A DNA stretch of 64,000 nt, from contig OZ076413.1 of the NCBI GenBank assembly GCA_964187785.1, forward strand, positions 48,486,001 to 48,550,000, read 5' to 3'. The translations under genes and the position numbers were made by a program. The stretch comes from Amphiscolops sp. MND2022. Its lineage: Eukaryota. Shown piece by piece: positions 35,815 through 48,500 of the stretch. The notes below the pieces were generated by a model, which searched no databases, was not told where the DNA came from, and saw only the letters and a list, made by a program, of their open reading frames with translations. Position 1 is the stretch's first letter. Every line of letters begins with the position of its first letter.

Positions 35815-37382
35815 AATTTGTCTTTATTGTCTTTTTCTGGACGCTTTGTTGCAATTAAAAATCAAACGCGTAAAATTTTCTCAAAACAAAGTATGCTGAA
35901 TAGTTTATTCGTCCCTGAAAAATGGGGAAAATTGCTCGTTTTCAGAAGCATTTGGGGCAACTTTTAAAACACAAGAGATGTTTCCTCCACTGATATTTCG
36001 CAACTACCGGCACTCGCTAATTAATTTTCTGAATTAAAATTTACAAAATCGATCAAAAGGTAGAAGTGAGAAATAAGTTTGGTCAACTATAGACACTTCG
36101 AGTTTTTCTCTTGTTTCTGGTTCTTTTATATCATCTTTTGAAAGCAAGATTTCTGATTTTCTTGTGATGATTCAACTAGATAGCTGTGTGTTTCGTTTCC
36201 CAAAGTTTTGTATAATCTATCCTTACTCACCACAAAAATTTACAGATATAATCCAAAAACTACAACTAAATATTCGCGTTTTTAAGTTGTTTTCGAGTCA
36301 TTTTGAGAAATTTTTATGAACAAAACTTAATCAACTTTTTCTAATAAATTTGGTAGATAGTTGGAAGTGTTGTTGAATTTTTTCAAGTTTTAATGAAGGT
36401 CAACTTTTGGTGTCATTTTGATCTTCAAATACATATAGCTGGAAACTGAGTTTACGGTATTTGGTTTCTATGGAAAAACCTTTATCAGTTGCATGTAAAG
36501 CATGACAAATTTGGTAGAAAGTTTGTTGAAGTTTGGGTATTTCAGGAACAATACACAAAATATTCAGTGATTGATTCAAAGATTATATTCAACTTTTTTT
36601 CGTCGTCGTCATGATTCAACTTTTCAGTTGCTCAGGTAACTTGTGCAAACATTTGTCAGACTGTAGCAAATATATCCCATGTAATGAGATGCAAATATAC
36701 CTTGTGACCCGCAATTTATCTACAATTACCTTCCTTATCGTTCGCTAAAATCAAAAAATACCAAATATAGTATATACTTCCGAACAATTTACAAATATTT
36801 TCATTTTTCAAATGCATTTATTTCGGAAAAACTTGAAAATTGTAAAATTAAATTTCTAACAAATTCATATTATATGAACAAGCGCAGGATGAAGATAAAC
36901 AAACATGATAATAGCAAAGGACTCAATTTCACCACCATGTTCTAGGGCAACAAGAGGACAATCTGCTAGGAAGCATCCTACAAACCCTTGACTGAAACTC
37001 ACTTTTTGTGACATCTGCAATTTTGCAAACATCACAAAAGAAGGCATCGTATTATCAATTGTATGAAAAATGAGAATTCGAAGTGAGGAATACTCATAAA
37101 AAGTTTTTAAGATGTTATTTTTTGTTGAGTTTTAAAGTGGGCAAAAATGCTCTAACAAAAAACGATGAAGTATGATAAGTTATTCTCTCACACAAAGAAC
37201 TGAGTCATAATATTTTTATCCTAGATAATCACGGTTAACGATAATCATTCAATGTTTTCGGAAACCTAAAATGATGAATCGATAATGAACATGAAAAAAC
37301 ATAGGAATTAGGAGAAACCGAAGAAAAGTAAGACTTGTTTCAGGTTTTATGGCGAAAATGTCATGTTTCAGAGAATAGCGTT

Positions 37383-38508
37383 CTAGACTATTAGCATTTC
37401 AATTCTACCTCCCTCTGACAAATCCTGACAATTTGCAGGTTCTGCAGTGGTAGCATAAAGAATATAGGGAGGTTGATTAAATTTGGGGACTTCTTGCTCG
37501 TTAGCGTACCTGGATGTAATGCTCTCCTTATTCCACCATTTCTCCCAGGAACAACCCCCGTCAACGACAACTACAAGCCAACCAAAATCATTTGGACAAT
37601 CCTTGTAGCTTTTATTGATGGGGAATACCCTTCCATAACTTTCCTTGATACGGAAAAGAGACCCCCACACTGTAGTTGGAGCTTCCAAAATCCACAGAGA
37701 CGAGTAGTTATAGTTCGACCAAGAGAACCAGTCAAAAAGCGTTTGGCCGCCGTAGAAGTCAATTTCTGACACGACTGCCGACTTTTCGAAGTTATATACC
37801 AAAAATTTGATGGTTATGGCGTTTTCGAGTTTTGACTCAATTCCGGAGTCTCTGAATACTTGATCGGAAAGAAACCTTTCGGGTTTATTTCGTTTCCTGT
37901 TTCAAGATAGTCCGCAGGATTCACTCCAGAGAAAGCATTGACAAAAAACACGACATCCCATCCATCTGAGGAGTAAATCTCAACCCTAGACAACCAGAGG
38001 CCATTTGAAAAGTTAACTGGGTCTTTCGAATTCGAATAAACAATTCCACAAAAATTGTTTTGCAGCGAAGCCTCGTTAATCCACCATTTAAAATGATCAC
38101 ATGTTGTTTCGAGATCACACGTCAACTTCAGATACCCTTCTTGTTCACAAGGCCGGTCATTTTCAGTGGTTATCTCGAATCCTTGGTGGTCATGTCTAAA
38201 CTGAACAGCGTTTGATAGCTTGCTTTGATCCCAAACTGAAGACGTCACCAGATTGTTGGCTGAAAATCATGCAAAGAGTCCTGAGGTCCCTTTGAACTCA
38301 ATAACTTCTCTGGGAAAATTCATTTCATCGTATATGACAAAAAGAATTTTCGGAGACCCGTTGGAATAGCTCATGAAATTTGAATACGTTCCAAAGCGAT
38401 TATAGTTTTCTTTCCCGTTTCCCGTGGTTCGTTCTGTGAGAAAATCAGAGAATTTTGTTGTTGAATTCATATGATATCTTATCTGCAGAGTCATGCTGGT
38501 GTCCAAAT
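37383..38508 (-). pseudogene. Last exon of secreted EGF-containing protein: two tandem copies of an uncharacterised Trp/Cys domain; contains an in-frame TGA (38267-38269) and a frameshift (~37870-37900)
   Basis: Acceptor TTTTTCAG at 38509, phase 1 compatible with EGF exon; repeat 1 IEFKGTSGLFA*FSANNLVTSSVW...C..EGYL vs repeat 2 IDFYGGQTLFDWFSWSNYNYSSLW...CPNDFGWL. Confidence 0.65.
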
Positions 38509-40056
38509 CTGAAAAATCAATTTTTTTGTACGTCGAAAGAGTTAAAAGAAGAGGTTAACATAAGCAACTCAGTCGACAATTCTTCCTTTTGCCGCAAAAA
38601 ATATTGACGCGGGCATCTACTACAGTTTTGAAAAGTTCGTTAAATTAACACGTTCAGCAAATTTAATTGAATTTTCGCCTGATTGAATTTTGGAAACGTT
38701 GGGATAATGGATTGATAGATAGAGTGCTTTTTTGGAAAATTGATTCGAGATTTATAGCAATTTTTGAGTCAGGAATTAGTGTATCCCAAAAAAGCAGTCA
38801 GGAAATTATTTTCCCAAATAAACCATCTCCGATGCAAGTCAGGTTTCGATCATCTTTAACATTGTGCTATATACAAAGCTGAAAGTCATAAGGTTTCACC
38901 TAAGGTTTGTTGTCAACATTTCAGATCTTCAGACATAACAAGACGTACAAAAATTATTTTTCTTCAATTGATTTATTTTCGATATCAAGAGCTGGTGAAA
39001 CTTCCAATGGAGCGACAGTTCGGACCAGTTTTGGCTTGAAAAGCTACCACTGGTAAATATCCAAAACTTCAAATGAATTGCTGTCATTCGAACCGCCTAT
39101 TTGTAGTCAGCGCTTTTTGACAAAAAGTGCCCGATTATTACAGAGGCTTGTTTTTTTTTCTTTTTTCATCAGACCACAGATCTCACCCTGTATGTACCAC
39201 TGTTTGCTACAAAGGTAAATCGGTTCAGGGAAATCCCATTGGTCGCGGGTTCGAGTCCTTGCATGATTTTGTTCGTGCATTTGCAAAAGCGGACGAGACT
39301 AAAGGGTCCCTCCTTTCAAATTTTCAGCCTTATGAGATTTTTCAACTGAATATTTTTCGCCCTAAAACTTGGATAAAAATTTAACAAAAGTGTCCTTTTG
39401 CATATTTAAAAAAGTTTTTACTCTTTTGAACCTTAAGCGGGGCGCCAATTTTTTTTAAATCTTGCAGGCATAGTAGATACGGTAGAAATTTATACACTAT
39501 CGTTGTATACCGAATAAACACGTATCTAAGTTTAGAGCAGTAAACCCATTCATAAAACGTGGACACTGAAATGTTTATATCCAAACGTGGCGAAGAAAGT
39601 GCTTGATTATGATAAACATATTCGCTACAAAAAGCATTCATCATGAAAATTAATCCAGAAACTATTCCAGAAGAAAACGCTGGCACTTGTTTTCGTTATA
39701 GCTCAATTGAGTGGGCTATTGAGATAATTTTAGGGCATTTACAGTTTTTACCAAGAAAACAACTTTTAAAATGATTTTTTAAACATGAGTGGGGTGCTGA
39801 CTTATGCCGTTCTCATTTTGTTCATCTCGCAATAAGTTTTTTTATTGAAGTTTCAAAGGCAAAACAACAGGACAACAAATACCATTTATCAATCGAAACA
39901 ATATTAAAAATCAGAACTGAATCGATAATACTCAGCAATTATATTTTTGGCCAAACTTCCATACCCAAAAAGGCAATTTATGGAACAAAATTCAGTTTGT
40001 TTAACAAGTTGATTTTCAGTTATAGCAATTTTAGGAAGCTCTTCGGGACAACTAAC

Positions 40057-40428
40057 CACAACGAAATGAACCAATGGTGTTGACGCATCTGAAAAGTTCA
40101 GAATTGAGGCAGCCGTCGGGATGCTCTATACACTCATCGATGTCTTCGCATAAGTCCTTTTTGGTGTCGACAACAAATCCAGTTTTGCAGACGCAAGTGT
40201 ACGATCCAATTTCGTTTTCACAGTGTCCGCTGTCATAGCTTTCATGAGAGCAAGACTTGATGGCGCACTCATCAATGTCTAGGCATGAGACGATTCCTTC
40301 ATTCGGAAAAGGTTTGACAATGTACCCTGCATTGCAGAAACAGCTGTAGCCAAGATTTATTTCGTTCACACAGGATCCAGCAGACAAGCCGCTACAAAGG
40401 TCCTGTCCACTATCGCATTCATTGAGCT
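40057..40428 (-). CDS. Exon encoding three calcium-binding EGF-like domains
   Basis: LNEC, DIDEC, DIDEC repeats with C-x-N-x-I-G-S-Y/F-x-C; acceptor TTCATTGCAG, donor G|GTTAGT, phase 1-1 as typical for EGF exons. Confidence 0.88.
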
Positions 40429-41400
40429 CTGCAATGAAAAAGGGTGCTGAGTCACGTAAATGGTTTTCTCTCGATTTTGGAAGGAAACGAAACATCGAAA
40501 CTTGTAAGATTGGAATCTCCGCCTCTTCCCTAGTAAAATGCTATTTACTTCGGATATAACGTCAAAAACCGGATAAAGCGCAATATTTTGAGCCTCCGTC
40601 TCCTCCTTAGTAAAACGCAATTCACTAAAACCTCTTTAGACCTTACAAACTTCTGTATAAAAGTTCGCGCGTTCAACAAGATTCCAACCAAAATCTTTAC
40701 AAAAACACAAAATACTTCTTGGGATTCCAAATGGTTTCAAGTTTCGTACTCGCTTCGCAGTTCAGCTTTTTGCAGAAACCTACAACAGCTAACCAAGTTC
40801 TTGAGGATGCGAAGCAAGTTTCATCATTATTTGCGTATCCTTGTAACTGTCGTTTCTTTTGAAAAAACTTGGAAAGCTTAGTTAACTTCGAGGCAGTTTT
40901 TGAATAACCTGACGATCAATTGACACAGTTGCTCAATGCAGTATACAGATTTTGGATGAAACTCTGCTTACTTTTTTATAGGCCCCTTCAATTAGGCATT
41001 ATCAATTGTTTTCCCTTTTTTTGCTACTTTATGCTTTCTTTTTTCAGCAATCTTTTCACTGGCAAATGTGTATATGTTGATGTTTTCCGTTAGGGAAAAG
41101 CGTTTTTTGAGTCTTCAGGATGAAGTTTGTGGTTATTTGTTTATGCTCTGATTTCATTGACAATATTCTCAAACCTTTCTCTTGCTTCAAAAGCATATTT
41201 AAAAATATATTTTAAAGCGCTTTGCCCTTTTTGAGCCTTGAGCCCAATTTTGTTACTCTAAGTATACTCTGAAGTAACTTCTTCCACATTTCTTCTCCAA
41301 AAAATTTCCATATTTCCGAATCAGTAAACTATGTGATGCCAGTGAACTAACTATGAGTGCATACGAATGAATGCTGATTCGTTAGAAACTTAAATAATGA

Positions 41401-41757
41401 AACAAGCCGGGAACGTCCCAAGTCGGCGCCATATCTAAGGCTCAAAAATAGCAAAAGGACTTCAAAGTGTCAAGTATTTTCTTCTACAGTGCCCGCTTGA
41501 GGAAAAAATTGAAAAATTCGAAAATTTTTCCAAAATTTTTTTTGGTCCCCGGTAAGTCGCATAGTGCCGAAAAATGTAGAAGGGGACCTCAAAAAAGCCT
41601 AATTAACCTCTATCTCAAGTGCCAGTAGAAGTAGTGTGGCATTTAAAGTTAGTTCAAGTCAACTTATAAAGCTTATTAAATCTGTCACTTCGTTGGTCTT
41701 TAAAAAAGAAGTCACTACTATAGTCTGCGTTTTTCTACGAAAAGCCCCGACTAAAAA
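41401..41757 (-). mobile_element. HINE-like family copy, reverse orientation, intronic
   Basis: aacaagccgggaacgtcccaagtcggcgccatatctaaggctc is the reverse complement of the family 3' end; ccgactaaaa at the other end. Confidence 0.7.
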
Positions 41758-41867
41758 TGTTGATTGTTTCGTTGTGCATTTGAACCCCTCAAACACACCT
41801 AAGCATTTTCCCTTCGTAAACAGTAAAATTATTAGGCGCCACCAACTATACTTCTCAGGTCACTTAC

Positions 41868-42174
41868 CCGTTTGATGCAACAGTTGTTGAAGTGTAGAGC
41901 AATCTTCCTGTTTCTCCGAGAAAATTGAGCATTCTTGGGGGGACAAAAACTTGAGACTGGTCGTTGGGATGATTTGCAAATCCAATCCACACATCTTTTG
42001 ATCAGAGCAGTAGACAGCTGATGAACCTGCATGGTACGCCATTTCCAAGCACGCATCTTGAGACAGTCTATCAGTCAGGTCACCCGAAATTTGGATGCTG
42101 TGTTCCAGTGTTATGCTGATTCCACATGCAACAACTGAAACGCAAACCAAGTTTTTCTTTCAAGAATGACTCAT
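41868..42174 (-). pseudogene. Alternative/relict first exon (signal-peptide-like + Cys-rich), in-frame TGA at codon 5
   Basis: ATG AGT CAT TCT TGA AAG AAA AAC TTG GTT TGC...; 307 nt ending in phase-1 donor G|GTAAGT compatible with the EGF exon. Confidence 0.45.
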
Positions 42175-42358
42175 CCTGTTGCCTTCTACCATGAACAAAA
42201 CTTTTTGATACGGTACTTTAGGTCACGTAAAATTCAATGACAATAAATGAGCTGAGTGCGTCTACTTGTTCTGTTTGTCTTATGCTATTTCAATGAAGGA
42301 TCTTTCAGCCGCTGTCAAAGATCAGGATAATTAAAGTACAAAAATTGCGGAAGATATT

Positions 42359-42552
42359 GTAAATCGGGTGATTTAAACCAATAGAAAGAACTAGAAGTCG
42401 GCGGGAGTATGCTTGTTTTGAAGTAACAAGTCTAAAATATTCCAGCAAATCGTATATACGATTTGCTAGATTATTTTAGACTTGTTACTTGAAAATAAGC
42501 ATACTCCCGCCAATTTTTTGTTCTTTCTATTGATCTAAACTATCCGATTTAC
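42359..42552. repeat. Imperfect spacer-less palindrome (~97-bp arms)
   Basis: Centre agcaaatcgtat|atacgatttgct; arm matches gcgggagtatgctt/aagcatactcccgc and caatagaaagaac/gttctttctattg. Confidence 0.85.
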
Positions 42553-43612
42553 TAGAACATTCTAGAGTAGGTACTTCAAAACAATCATATCCCGATAATT
42601 CCCAGATCCGATGTAAAATCACTCCATGTCAAATGGCACTCTGATTAGCTAGAAAATCGCTCTAATTCACGAGCGTGATTTTATGTTGGCCCTAATTGCA
42701 ACCTAAGTGCCATTCAATGCAACTTTCAACTCCAGTCTAGCTGAAATTCAGTCTAGCTGAAATTTCAACTACGTCTATAATATTTAATATAGACAGAGTT
42801 GAAATGTCTACTAGACTGAATTTTATACAGTATCATTTTATTCCTTCTTATATTGCACATTATGTTCATGCTTTAATACATGTTTGTTATTTTCAGGAAA
42901 AAATGAATCAAATAACGGCCCGTACGGCAACTTCTATTTCTAGAGAGGTACTGAAAACACGGACAATGCCCCAAGCATCACAATAAATGGCAAAAGATAG
43001 AGCAAAAAGTGCCTAGAATGAAAATTTATTTGACAAAAATCATAACTTTTTTGCAAATTTTGCTGCAAAATAATAAATCCAAGATTTTCCAAGTTCGAAG
43101 TTTTTTCAAGATTTGTATTTTTAAACTCAAACGAACGTCTCGCGCTTGACGAAAAGACGCTTTGAGTGTCTCAAAAGTTTTAATTTTCAATGTGTACAAA
43201 GCTATAATTTCAAAGCTATGTACCTCTTTTAGCGTTGTCTGAGGCCAATTAGGTGGAATTGTGGTAGTTTGAAAGCGCGTAGGAAGAAACTGCAAAAGGT
43301 TGAAACTGTGAAGGGATGAAATCGGGAGCAGTTAAAATTTCGAAGTTTAAACTGCAGCGGTTGGAATTGCACGGTTTGATAATTCATAGGATAAAATTGC
43401 ATACAATGAAATGACCTGACACTAAATTTGCTCTAAAATGTTTTGAAAAGAAAACTCTATCATGTTTTCTTTGCAAGAACACTTTTAAGAGTAAACGTTT
43501 GAATTTGACTCACGGCTAATCTTCTTCTCCAGAAGCAGTGCTAAAAAAGATGCCTTATGAGAGTATTTTTTGGAGAATAAAAATGGCCTGAATAAACGAA
43601 CAACCAACTCAC

Positions 43613-43922
43613 GGTCAACCAAGTAGAGTGTCGTTTCTACATCAGGAGCACGGAACCGTGAATCTCGAAATTTGTCGGACGCAAGAAAACATGTGCACAA
43701 GCTTTTTTCAGGCTCATATCTTCTGAAATTCACCTTATTGGTGCCATGTTTCATGCAAGCCACTGAACATAACGTGGAAGTGGGAACGCCAAAAATGAAT
43801 GCGATAATGTTCAAGTAAAAAATGTTATCCGCAGTTACATCTTTCGCAACTTTTGTAATCACAGCTAAGCCAAACTCCTTCATAAGGTGAAGGACACAGA
43901 GTAGAAATAAGTGAGTCCGCAT
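43613..43922 (-). CDS. First exon (signal peptide + PAN/apple-like region) of secreted EGF-domain protein
   Basis: ATG 43922 MRTHLFLLCVLHL...TLYLVD, phase-1 donor GTGAGT; splices in frame to 40428 giving LYLVDQLNEC. Confidence 0.7.
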
Positions 43923-45194
43923 TTTGAAAAAAAAATAGGTGCTGAATAGTTTTTCTTGTGCTACAGTTCTAGCTAGGTGCTGAACAGAAGAGAAGCTTTG
44001 CAACACAATGAGAAATTGATTGTTGCTTGCCTTCTCAAAGAAGCCATTGATTGATGGATTCACTGGACTTTGAATCAAACAAAAAATTGTTGAAGATTTT
44101 TCCGAGTTGCTAAAGCTTAAAATTTAAATTCATCATTGCTCAGTAAATATATAAATTTTTTATGATTAATAGATTTATTCAGAAGCGTTCCAACATATTG
44201 CAACCCCATTGCTTAAACTAACAAATTCCAATCCGAGTGTCTCGAAAGTTGTTACAAATACAAAACAAACGTCAGTTACCATAGTTTAGTAGAATGATAA
44301 TTGGTTGACAATTTTTTTAAATAGCTACACCCATACTGAAAAAGTTGGAAATTTCAAAAATAAAAAAATTTCAACCCAATGGAAATTTTACCCAGCATGA
44401 AATTTCAATCGATTGATGCTCAGCGAATCAATACCTTTTTTGTTATACTCTGTCAATATTTTATATGGGAAAGGAAAATATTTAAATTAAACGATTTCTT
44501 TAACAAAATTTGCCATGTTCCAAATTTATTTTCAAGTTAAAAGATTTTGACAATAGAATTTAACTGACGTAACTTTGTACCATGCGATATGTAATTGTAT
44601 AGATCTTTATGTGTTTTCGGTTGACCCCAGAGACACCATATTGACCCATATGTCAAAACTAGGAAGGTTTCCGAATTTTAAATGTTTATGCAATTTTTGT
44701 CAAATTTTTGATAGACTTCGTGGCTTAGAAAAATGAAAACATTCAAAAGAGAAAGACTTCTTTGTACAAGAGGCTTTGTTGAAGAATTAAATGCATTTTT
44801 TATTTTAAAAATGCGTCAAATTGAGAACGAAATTACCAAAGATTCAAAAAAATTTTGTTTTTTAACGTTCTTATGCAATTTTTGTCTATTTTTTGAACGA
44901 ATTGGTAGCTTACATTGTTGAAAATGCTCAATAAGGACACCATTCATTGTCCGAGAGGCTTTTGTGAAGAAAAAATGCAATTTTGACAGGAAAAAAGGCA
45001 CAAATTGCGACCGACATCGACAAAACTTCCAAAACTTACCAAACTTTGAAGGTTTTATGGGGTTTTGTCAAGTTTTTCAAAGATTTCGTGAATGACATCA
45101 TTGGAATTGTTCAACAACAAACAAACTCGTTGTCGAAAAAGTTGTTTGAGGAGATAATTGCAGTTTTGTAAAACAAAAAAACGCCACAATAACC

Positions 45195-45415
45195 TAAAGT
45201 AAGTCAGGAAAAGTTCAAAGAATGTATTAAAATTGGGATGGTTCAAAGTAACAAAGCTGTATCAAACGACTGTACTTTATCTTCAACTTGTATCTATCTG
45301 TAACTACATGACTTCAGAACGTAAGATCATTGGCAGGTAGTTTTGTGTCATGTTATTCGCCAAGGTTTATCATTGACACTTGTTGGATTGACACATTTTT
45401 GATGCTTGTGTCACA
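45195..45415 (-). repeat. 3' LTR, 221 bp
   Basis: taaagtaagtcagg...gcttgtgtcaca; followed by PPT complement ttccctcctcc. Confidence 0.95.
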
Positions 45416-45542
45416 TTCCCTCCTCCATGACGTTCAGGGAAACCAGTCGTGCTGAGGGGGTTGTTCTTGATTCGTGGAAACGGAGTAATTGGATATCTCC
45501 TTGGAATGGTGAATGTATACTCAGTTCCTAAATTAATCACTG

Positions 45543-48500
45543 TTAAAAATACTCAACACCACCTAGTTTGACTGTTCTTTTTGCATTTTTTATTCTTTCA
45601 GATCTACGTGGCTCTATGGTTAGATCTAGTGGGTTATTTTCCCCGTTATCATTTTGTTTTAGCCGTACTTTACCTGTGGCGTTCTGATGTACGGTTTCTA
45701 TGCCGGAAGTGCCTTGATTCCGGATTGGTGTTCCGGATGTGTCCGGTTGTGCTGTGTCTTCGGGCGGGACCAGTTCCGTGCTACATCCGATTGGGGAGGA
45801 CGGCATCGGTGTTTCCGACCGTAGGCGTTCGACTTCCCGGCCGATCATGTCCCTGAGTGTGATGTCTTCGGTGGCTTCTCCTTCTGAGGTGGTCATGTCG
45901 GCTTGATCGTTCGTCGGTTCCGAGTCGTTGCTAGAGGAGTCGTGCAGTATCACGCGGCTGTATGTTCGTTTCTTTGACGGCATGGTCGGAATTGCGGTGT
46001 AACTGGTACCGGGTTCGTTGTTATTACTGTCTTGTCTGGCCACCTCAAGGCGTAGATGCGTTTCACACAGATCGCCACTGCTGAATTTCCCGCATCTGCG
46101 GCATCTGTTGGTTGGCCGTCTTTGTTCTTCGGGTTTTCTTGGTGTCTGAAATTTTAGGGGTTTTGACGCCAGTTTTTTGTGTATTATCTTCCCTTCAGAG
46201 GTAGATACCGTGTGTTTTGTTTCTGCTACTGCTGTTAAAATCTTATTTGTTTTAAAACCACATTTCATGGAATTCGGTTTGTATTCTTTCTCATAAAATT
46301 GGTAGTTTTTAAAATCCCGGCTTACCGAGCGTCCTTTCTTCTTTGGTTCGTTTAACACCAAGTGGTCGGCTAGTTCTCCTCCTGCATCATTGATAGTGAC
46401 GACCTGTAGTTCTGTTGGTTGGGCTAAAACGTAAATGGTTAGTGTTTTCTTCCAATTAGCAAGTAGACATTCCGGCTTGTCTATTAAATTAATCAGAGCG
46501 GTGCGCGGTTTTCTACCTAGATGCATTTGGAAGGGTGTCATTTTTAGTTTGCTGTGCGGCGTTTGTCTGATTGTTCTTATTGCTAGTTGGACACTGTCTT
46601 CGAAAGTTAGGCCGTCTGCCATGTTTGCTCGGGTGAGCGATTTAATTGACCGGATAGCTCGTTCAACCAGACCGGTGCCGGTGTGTAAATTTGGAGTGCA
46701 CCGTATACGTTTAATATTTTGGTCTTTACAGAACTGTTTGAATTCGATGCTTTTAAAGCAGCTTCCGTTGTCGGTTCGAATAACCCTTGGTATCCCGTTG
46801 TCCGTAAAATATTTAGATAAAAATTTCTTGACGGTCCGTGTATCCGCGCTTTTGCAAATATGTGCGGTCGGCCATTTGCTAAAACGGTCAATTGCTACTA
46901 AAATATATACATCGCCGCGTGTTTTTGATTTGATTGGACCGGCGAAATCCAAATGGATTTCTTGATTTGGTTCCGTTAAAATGTCTAAATTATTTTTCTC
47001 CGTGGACGGAATTTGAGTAGTAAGATTCTTACCTGCGGCTCTACAGCTTGGGCATGATTCGGCTTTTTCGTGGATTTCGCGGTTCATTCCCGGCAACCAG
47101 AAGGCCTCGGCTAGCTTTTCCATTTTTCCAGCCGATGTATGTCCGTGGTGTAACATGGCTATCACCGTTGTCCGCATGTTTTCCGGAATCACTATCCTGT
47201 CGTTGTAGAACAGTAGGCCAAATCTCGTGGATAGATGTGACCGGTGTGGACGATAGGGATAAAAAATGCTATCCGGTTGTTGGTTTTCGATGGCCGCGAT
47301 TGCATTGAGTATCTTTATGTCTCGTGCTGTTTCGTCAACCAGCAGTGGGATGTCCAGTGCGAAATCTTTTTCTACTCTTTTGATGGTTTCTTCTGTGCCT
47401 TGATTTTGGTCGTTGCTGAGTGTATTCTTTATTGCTGTCTGTTTGAGTCGGATTAAGTTTACGGTTTCGTGCTTCTTAAATTTCTTTAGAGCACTTGTGG
47501 GGCACTTGTCTCGTTTGATGTGACTAGTCTCGCTTTCTCCGTCCGATTGGTTGTTGTGCAGCCAAAATTCGTTGTTGTTTTGTTGATATTCTAGCAGGGG
47601 TGTCGTCTCGAGCGTTTCGCAGTATCTGAAGAAGCGGTTATAAATTTTGATGTTGATTTCTGCGATTCTTTTTCTGCTTGCCTGATTTGGTCGATACTCC
47701 TGTATCCGTTCACTTTCTTTGCCTTTCCCGACAATTCGTGTCCGATCCGGCTTCAGTAAGTGATTTCTCTCGATCCACAGGCGTTTGGTTTCTGGGGAAT
47801 GGCCCCTTTTCTTGAAGATGAAATTCATATCTATGCCATTGACTTTGTCCATTTTTGAATTTGATGATTCGCGATCGATAATGTTAATTGGCAGCGGTGA
47901 GGTTTTAAACAAATGAGTGTTTGAATTCTGTTCGCATGAAATTTTGTCGTGCTGTGATTGGTCGGAATTTTCTCTCGCGTTCAGTTGTTCGGTGAATCGC
48001 TTTATGCTTCCTCGCTCTCGATTGAATTCAAATAGGCCGTATATTTGGTTAATGACGAACTCTTCGTCGGCTTCCGCTTCGTTTTGTCCGTCCGCTTTGT
48101 TTTCTAATTCGGCAATTTCGGTCGGTACGATCGGATGACGGCTTAGATAATCCGTAAGCGGAATGTTTTTACCGGCCGTGTATTGAATATTAATATCGAA
48201 GTGGCTCAATCTATCCAACCAACGAGTTAGCCGTGCACTGTATTGTTTGTGTGCCCGATTCTTTTTCAGTAACGGTTGTAATGCCTGGTGGTCTGTTAGC
48301 AAATTAACTCTTTTACCGTAAACGTAATATCGGAAGTGCTCTAATCCCCATAAAGCTCCCAGTAACTCTAGTTCATTTATTGCGTATTTTCTTTCGCAGT
48401 CGGTTAAAAATCTACTGGCAAAAGCTATGGGCCTGAATACTATACCTTCCTTTTGCCATAGGGTCGCTCCCAGTCCAGTATTGCAAGCGTCTGTTGTGAT

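Noticed and set aside
38267..42162. Alternative genetic code (TGA=Trp) or selenocysteine
   Set aside because: TGG is used for Trp throughout, TGA appears to terminate the acetyltransferase and the 61580 gene, and the same locus has a frameshift; pseudogenisation or error is simpler.
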